32,000 bases of DNA from NCBI GenBank assembly GCA_001189275.1, contig CP012158.1, positions 1,323,704-1,355,703 of the forward strand, read 5' to 3'. Under the pieces are notes generated by a model that saw only the letters and a program-made list of their open reading frames with translations, searched no databases and was not told the origin of the DNA. Each line of letters begins with the position of its first letter. Position 1 is the stretch's first letter. The DNA comes from Pyrobaculum sp. WP30 (GTDB lineage: Archaea > Thermoproteota > Thermoprotei > Thermoproteales > Thermoproteaceae). The translations under genes and the position numbers were made by a program. Below are positions 26,323-32,000 of this stretch, piece after piece.

Positions 26323-27048
26323 CTATAAAACCTTAGCTCTTCGCCATAGGTGGTCGAAGTAGGTGCGGGCCACCTCGCTGAGGAATTTGTCGTTTGAATA
26401 CAGTCCCGTAACCTCGCCGCCGTATTTGACGAAAATTGTGACGGCGGTTCCTATGGCGCCGCCGCCAAACATCTCCTGGACAATCCTCACATCTACGCGC
26501 GGCGGCAGGTCAAACCTAGCCCTCAGCCGCTCAGTGGTTAGGATTTTTACGGAGAGTCGCTTCGACTCCTCGCTCAGCACCGCGAGGAGTCTATAATCCA
26601 CGAGCTCCTCAAAGGGGATCGCTAGGTATACTTCGCCCTCGGCGGTGGTCACCACCTCTTGCATCAACTCGGCCACCCTCTCGGCGCCTCGTAATAATGT
26701 CAAGAAGGTAGGAGCCACAGCGGCATAACGAGACTCGTATACCATTTGTAGACTGTCAAAAAGCGGCTTAAGAGACTTCAACACGTCGGCGGCGACGCCC
26801 ACGAGCTTTTTATACACGTCTGCGGGGGGAGCCGCTTTGAACTTGGCGGGTCTGACTGCACGCTCCGGCAAGACGAGACCTAGCTTCTCTAGCCTGCCCA
26901 AATAGTTATAGACCTTGGTATAGGGGATGCCTAAGTGGTTTGAAAGCTCTCTTGCGCTTAATGAGCCCTTCTCCACCAGGGTAAGGTAGATGTCCATCTC
27001 TCTCTTCCCCAAGCCTAAGAGGGTTAAGACCCTGGTGAGGTGTTCCAC
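26323..27048 (-). CDS. TrmB family transcriptional regulator
   Basis: N-terminal winged helix LGLGKREMDIYLTLVEKGSLSARELSNHLGIPYTKVYNYLGRLEKLGLV plus a C-terminal effector-type domain. GTG start; divergent from the radical SAM gene. Confidence 0.85.
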   Translation of the reverse strand: MEHLTRVLTLLGLGKREMDIYLTLVEKGSLSARELSNHLGIPYTKVYNYLGRLEKLGLVLPERAVRPAKFKAAPPADVYKKLVGVAADVLKSLKPLFDSLQMVYESRYAAVAPTFLTLLRGAERVAELMQEVVTTAEGEVYLAIPFEELVDYRLLAVLSEESKRLSVKILTTERLRARFDLPPRVDVRIVQEMFGGGAIGTAVTIFVKYGGEVTGLYSNDKFLSEVARTYFDHLWRRAKVL

Positions 27049-27100
27049 ATCTCTTTCACGTCTTGTTTTTAACTATTTTAACGTAAAGCAGTTAAAAAGT

Positions 27101-27110
27101 TTAAATTATA
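27101..27110 (+). promoter_or_regulatory. TATA element for the radical SAM gene
   Basis: ttaaattata lies about 18-27 nt upstream of the ATG at 27128. A second A/T element (aactatttta, 27071-27080) is placed correctly for the divergent TrmB gene. Confidence 0.5.
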
Positions 27111-27127
27111 CGCCTCACCGGCGGGTC

Positions 27128-28862
27128 ATGAGTAGACAAGTCGCGGTAGAAATCCAGGAGGAACAGCCGCGTAGACTCGTCGACATTTCAAAGTACTCTC
27201 TGCCCGAGAGATACAAGTCAACACTTCTCAACGAGAAGTGGCAAACGACTCTCAAGAGGCAGTACGGCCTTTCTGCACCCACAAGAGTGGTGAAAGCCAC
27301 CCTGTCTCTATGTCCAGTGTGCAATAGGAGAATACCGGCGGTGGTGTACGAGGAAAACGGCGCCATCTGGCTGAAGAAGAGTTGTCCCGAGCACGGCGTG
27401 TTTGAAGACCTATATTGGGGCGACGCAGAGATGTATTACTTCTTCCTCCAGTGGGATAGGCCGGAGTACATCGCCAAAGGCCTTGCCAACCCCTACACGG
27501 ACCTCGAGTTCTACAAAGACATGGGTTCATGCCCGGAGGGCTGCGGCCTGTGTCCGGTGCATAAATCCAACACTGTGCTGGCTATCATAGACGTCACCAA
27601 TCGCTGCAACATGGCCTGTCCAGTCTGCTTTGCCAATGCAGGTGCCGCAGGTTACGTCTACGAGCCGACGCTGGAGCAGATAGAGTACATGTTGAGAACT
27701 CTGCGGGCTCAGAAGCCCTGGGCGCCGAATGCTGTACAGATCTCTGGAGGCGAGCCCACGCTGAGAGACGACCTGCCCGAAATAGTGAGGATGGCTAAGA
27801 AGCTGGGCTTCACGCATATTGAGATAAACACCAACGGCATCAGGCTCGCCAACGACATAGAGTACTACAAAGCCCTCCTAGACGCCGGCATCTCCACCCT
27901 CTATCTGCAGTTTGACACAATAGACGAGAAGAATGAGGATGTGTGGAGACACCGCATGTACCACCCCAAGGCCTACAGAATAATAAAAGAAAAAGTCATC
28001 GAAAACGCGAGGAAGCTAGGCCACCGGTCCATAGTCCCAGTCGTAACTCTTGTGAAAAACTACAACGACAAAGACCTCGGCAAGATAATCGACTTCGCGA
28101 TACAGAACAGAGACGTAATTAGGTGGGTTAACATCCAGCCGGTCAGCTTCTCAGGACGCGCAAGGCTCTACAGCAAGGAGGAGCTTAGGAAGTACAGGAT
28201 CACGATACCAGACACAATCATAGAGATAGAAAAGCAGACCGGCGGCGTCATAAGCAGGTGGGACTGGCGCCCTACAAACTGGCCGGTGGCCTTCGCCAAG
28301 ATGGTTGAGGTGTTGACAGACTCACCCAAGCCTCTCTTCTCCATGAACCCCCATGTGCGGCGCCGCCACGTTTATATACTACGACGAGGACGAGAAGCGC
28401 GTATATCCAATCACCAAGCTTGTAGACGTAGACGCCTTCGAGAAAGGCGCCTGGGACATCTACTACACCGCGGCAAAAGGCGGCATCTACAAACAGACAG
28501 CCAAGGTGAAGGCGCTGAAGCTACTGAAGGCTGTAAAGCACAAAAAAGTGAAGGACCTCATATATGAGGTGCTCGTCAAGAAGGACTACGACTCACTGGG
28601 CAAGTTCTTCTTCAACGTAGTCGGCATCGGCATAATGCACTTCATGGACACCATGAACTACGACGTGGAGCGAGTACAGCGTTGCGACATACACTACGCC
28701 ACCCCAGACGGCAGAGTATTCCCATTCTGCACATACAACGTCGTCGGCCACCGCGAAAAGGTCGAAAGCTCCTTCAAGGTAGACCCCAAGACCTGGGTCA
28801 AGGTTACAGGCCTCTCGCTCACTGGCTGGAACAAGCAAAAGTTTGCCGAGCTAAACAAGTAA
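27128..28862 (+). pseudogene. tes: Radical SAM tetraether-lipid-synthase-like (Tes / GDGT-MAS, MJ0619 family) gene interrupted by a +1 frameshift at a C5 run
   Basis: N-terminal zinc ribbon (CPVCNRRIPA...CPEHG) and radical SAM CxxxCxxC (CNMACPVC, nt 27605-27628). The reading frame turns into Arg-rich nonsense after ...PLFSMNP at 28348-28352. The conserved C-terminal part (CGAATFIYYDEDEKRVYPI...HYATPDGRVFPFCTYN) continues in the +1 frame to 28862. Confidence 0.7.
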
Positions 28863-28927
28863 CCTTTTCCCAGACTAAGTTAGATTTTTGCATCGTCGAA
28901 TCTTCATAGCCAGCTCGATCTTTAACT

Positions 28928-29339
28928 TTATGAGTTCTGCTCTACCTCAAGCAGGTGTAACCCGAAGAGGAAGTAGAGGCTAGCCAGCTTGACGGCATCG
29001 CCGCCAGACGCGATTACGTGGAACCCCCTCCCAGCGTTTTCCACCTCAGCCTTGATGCCGTATGCCGCGAAGGCGGCCCCCGGTAATGGCAACGGCGCGC
29101 TTGCCGCTGGCCAAGCACATCGCCTTCATCGCCGCGGACACGTGTCCGTCGCCGTCTATGGACCCAGAGACCACCACGGCGAAGTACTTCAACGTAGTGT
29201 CGTTCACGCCCAACCTTTCCGCATGTATAAGCAGGTGGGCCGGCGCGACTACAGTCAGCATTAGATACGCCGCCAGTAGGATGAAGGTGTGAAGGGGGTT
29301 GGGAAAATGGGGCGGCCTCTGCCGGCTCTGCCTTGGCAT
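28928..29339 (-). pseudogene. Small hypothetical gene apparently split by a +1 frameshift at a homopolymer run
   Basis: The frame from ATG 29339 stops at 29046. The +1 frame continues with protein-like sequence (AAFAAYGIKAEVENAGRGFHVIASGGDAVKLASLYFLFGLHLLEVEQNS*) to 28928. The switch point is the G5 run on the coding strand (C5 on + at 29077-29081). Confidence 0.4.
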
Positions 29340-29431
29340 CTCCGGCGGCGTGGAGGTGGTGTAAGGGATGTCGTGGTTTCTGTGCGTACTAGATAGGCGT
29401 TGCGGACTGTAGAGCGAGTTCTTGTTTTAAA

Positions 29432-31267
29432 CTATCTCTTTTTTAGTAAGAAAAAGACGGCGCCTGTCGCGCCAGCCACCCCGGTCAATACGGCGGCTAA
29501 CGTAGGTGGTTGCATGTAGCCCCCCTGGGAGGCGGCCTCGTACTGCGTCGGAGGGAGGCTTAAAGTCATGTTTCTCACGGCGACGGGGAGCTCGATTTGC
29601 CAACGTAGTTCAACCTCCGTCGTGTTGACCGCGGCGTAGTAGCGTCTCAACGCCTCCATCTGCGTTTCTACTTCTCTTCTCTGGGTCTCCACGATGTATG
29701 TATAGTTCTGCACTGCTGACTGTATGAAGCCGAGCCGCGGGAGGGCTCTTAGTTGCTCCACCCGGAATTTGTCCAGCTCCTCTGCGTACTTCTGTAACTG
29801 CGTCCCCACGTTGGCGAGGGTTGCTGAGGCGTTGTGTAGCGGCGTGGCGAATTTCACAACGTCGGCGCCGGTCTTGTAGAGGTTGTGCGCCACCTCCTGG
29901 AGTTTTTTCGTGGCGTTGCGCACTATCTGCGGCGTCGCCTCCCGTAGCTCTGTGGCGTTGCGCCGCGTGGAGACGGCTGTGTTGTTAAGAAGAGGGGCCA
30001 ACTCGCCGAGACTTCTGCTAGTCGTCTCGAGGGTGTTCGCGGCGGAGTCTATTATTGCTATCGACGCATCTACTGTGGATATAAGAGAGTCCACCACCCC
30101 ACGCAGGGCGTAGAGCTGAGCCGCCGCAGAGTCGAGGGCCGCAACCGCCGTCTCAACGGCTTGCCTAGCCTGGGGCACGCCGCTGACGTTCAAAGCCGAG
30201 AGTCTCCTCTTTGCGTCTTCTACGTTTTTAATAGCCTCGTCAAGCGTCCACCGGGCGTTGAGCAGATTCTTTCTTATTGTGTAGAGTTGCGTCTGCGTGT
30301 CGCGTAGGCTTTTAAACGCCTCCGCCGCGGCGGCCTTGTAGGAAGAAAGCGCCGAGGACTGCGCCTCTAACAGATTGGCTGCGGTGATCAACGCAGTGTA
30401 TTGGTAATCCACAAGGAGGAGGCTTTGGTTTAGAGCCGTAGCAACGCCATTTGCGGCGTCGCCGAGGGCGAGGATCTGCATCCTCAAAGCCTCTAGGGCA
30501 TATGTGGATGTGTTTAAGGCGGCGGCCCCCTGCCTCAGCGCCGTTCCCGTCAAGTTTAGGATTTGTATTAACTGAGTCAAGTTCTGAAGCTGGCCGTAAA
30601 CCGTGTCGGTGAAAAGAGAGGTTGCCTTTGTGAAATTCCTAAGTTGTGCATAAGCGGCGTCGAGCTCCCCCGCTCTCTTGACCAGCGCCGTCAATGTGTC
30701 GTTCAACCTGAGGGCTGTGGATACGGTGACTGAGGGCATCCTTACTGCCCCGAAGCTTCCGAACTGCCTAACTCTAAATTTAATGCGGAAGTCTGTGTAG
30801 TTGGTCACGAAGAGGGTCCAGTAGTACACTGTGGTGCCTGAGATCTGCGTGATCGACGTCGGCGGCGTCTCGTAGAGAACAGCTATTTTATCGTCCACAG
30901 GTACTGAAACCATCACAAAGGCCGAAATCGGCAGAAGGACACGTATGCCGAGTCTCAGCTCGATTACTGTGTCTTTATCCGCCTTGAGAACCCCCTCAGT
31001 CAAAGTCCCGTTTATGTAATGCAGATCGACGTCCACGGCCACGAAAGGCGGGTAGACGCCGCCGGCTTCTCGCTCAACCACCGCCGCCGAGTAAGGCGGC
31101 AGGACGACGCCGGAGACGTTCAGCGGCCGCGGGCTGTTGTTTATCAAGACGTCGCGGAATTTGACGCTCGTAACCGTCTTGCCGTCCGGCTTTACGACGT
31201 AAGTCACCACTACAGTAGACGCCAACAGGAGCTCAGCCACTAGCAAGAGAAGGAGGAGACTCCTCAT
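29432..31267 (-). CDS. Exported, C-terminally membrane-anchored coiled-coil glycoprotein candidate (611 aa)
   Basis: N-terminal signal peptide (MRSLLLLLLVAELLLA), a beta-rich domain of about 190 aa, about 380 aa of alpha-helical Ala/Leu/Gln/Thr-rich sequence, and a C-terminal TM helix plus KKR. I count about 18 N-x-S/T sequons. The ATG overlaps the upstream ATPase stop (ATGA). Confidence 0.8.
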   Translation of the reverse strand: MRSLLLLLLVAELLLASTVVVTYVVKPDGKTVTSVKFRDVLINNSPRPLNVSGVVLPPYSAAVVEREAGGVYPPFVAVDVDLHYINGTLTEGVLKADKDTVIELRLGIRVLLPISAFVMVSVPVDDKIAVLYETPPTSITQISGTTVYYWTLFVTNYTDFRIKFRVRQFGSFGAVRMPSVTVSTALRLNDTLTALVKRAGELDAAYAQLRNFTKATSLFTDTVYGQLQNLTQLIQILNLTGTALRQGAAALNTSTYALEALRMQILALGDAANGVATALNQSLLLVDYQYTALITAANLLEAQSSALSSYKAAAAEAFKSLRDTQTQLYTIRKNLLNARWTLDEAIKNVEDAKRRLSALNVSGVPQARQAVETAVAALDSAAAQLYALRGVVDSLISTVDASIAIIDSAANTLETTSRSLGELAPLLNNTAVSTRRNATELREATPQIVRNATKKLQEVAHNLYKTGADVVKFATPLHNASATLANVGTQLQKYAEELDKFRVEQLRALPRLGFIQSAVQNYTYIVETQRREVETQMEALRRYYAAVNTTEVELRWQIELPVAVRNMTLSLPPTQYEAASQGGYMQPPTLAAVLTGVAGATGAVFFLLKKR

Positions 31268-32000
31268 AGCCCAATTAACTCGTCGACGTGTCTAAGCTTT
31301 TCATACACAGCGGCGGCCCGCTCCATGTCCGCCTTGAACTCTCTACGCGGCGGCTCCACTGCGTCGTAGACGCGCCCTGCGCGCATATATACAACCCGCG
31401 TCGCAACCCGCGCCACGTCGGGGTCGTGTGTCGCCATAAACACTGTGGTCTTCGTAAGCCTGTTGACGACGTGTATGAGCCCAAGCACCACCGAGGCGTT
31501 GTCTAGGTCTATGTTGGAGGTGGGCTCGTCCAGCACTAGGATGGGCGGATTCGCGGCGAGCGCCCGCGCCAAGGCGGTCCTCTGCTGCATGCCGCCGGAC
31601 ATCTGATGCGGATACAGACGCGCCGCCCCCTCCAAACCTACTAACTCCAGCAGAACCCGCGCCCGCAACAGAGCCAGCTCCTTCTTGACGCCCAGCGCCA
31701 TGAGTGGAAGCGCCACGTTCTGCTCCGCCGTTAGGTAAGACACTAGGTTGTAGCTCTGGAAGAGGTAGCCCACGTTCTTCAGCCTGAACTTCTCCAGCTT
31801 GCTCTCCGGCAGTTTAGTGACGTCGACCCCCATGACGTACACCTCTCCGCTCGTCGGTCTGTCTAGCGCCGCGATTATGTTGAGCATGGTGGTCTTCCCC
31901 GACCCCGAGGGGCCCATAAGCGCCACCACCTCCCCCGGCGACACCTCCAGCGACACATAGTCCAACGCCACAGTCCTCGCCGCGCCGTCGCCGTATATCT
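31264..32000 (-). CDS. ABC transporter ATP-binding protein (MacB/LolD/FtsE-like), 5'-truncated by window edge
   Basis: Walker A GPSGSGKTT, Q-loop FQSYNL, signature MSGGMQQRTALARAL, Walker B ILVLDEPTSNID. The frame stays open to nt 32000 (…IYGDGAARTVALDYVSLEV), so the true start lies outside the window. Confidence 0.9.
   Translation of the reverse strand, partial: IYGDGAARTVALDYVSLEVSPGEVVALMGPSGSGKTTMLNIIAALDRPTSGEVYVMGVDVTKLPESKLEKFRLKNVGYLFQSYNLVSYLTAEQNVALPLMALGVKKELALLRARVLLELVGLEGAARLYPHQMSGGMQQRTALARALAANPPILVLDEPTSNIDLDNASVVLGLIHVVNRLTKTTVFMATHDPDVARVATRVVYMRAGRVYDAVEPPRREFKADMERAAAVYEKLRHVDELIGL

Overview
GC-rich archaeal chromosome with the hallmarks of a Thermoproteales crenarchaeon (Pyrobaculum/Thermoproteus-like). 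Nearly every gene has an A/T-rich BRE/TATA element about 25-30 nt upstream of its start codon, so transcripts look leaderless. Many adjacent genes have overlapping stop and start codons, and tRNA genes carry several non-canonical introns. The window is densely coding, mostly housekeeping genes plus several transporters. Left to right: the 3' part of a peptide-type ABC importer (binding protein and two permeases, no ATPases), ribosomal proteins S13 and S4, an asparaginase-like Ntn hydrolase, DUF72, and a spherulin-4-like exported protein. Next comes a tRNA cluster (Lys, Pro, Val) interleaved with a HAD hydrolase and a pilin-like gene, then a 336-nt highly structured intergenic region. Further right are an ABC-2 exporter, an unannotated rpoP, NMN adenylyltransferase, agmatinase, a CDF transporter, GlyRS, tRNA-splicing endonuclease, Hsp20 and a nitroreductase. 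The most notable locus is a complete crenactin-arcadin (arcade) actin-cytoskeleton cluster at 21.4-26.2 kb, including a sub-60-aa ORF absent from the ORF track. After it come a TrmB regulator, a frameshifted tetraether-synthase-like radical SAM gene, a second frameshifted small gene, and a heavily sequon-decorated coiled-coil membrane-anchored protein translationally coupled to a MacB/LolD-type ABC ATPase. Structural oddities: a 61-nt inverted repeat pair bracketing a 5.9-kb segment; near-identical intron-containing 3' halves in two different tRNA genes; two +1 frameshifts, each at a C5 run; and three back-to-back leaderless promoter pairs. No CRISPR array, transposase or integrase was seen.
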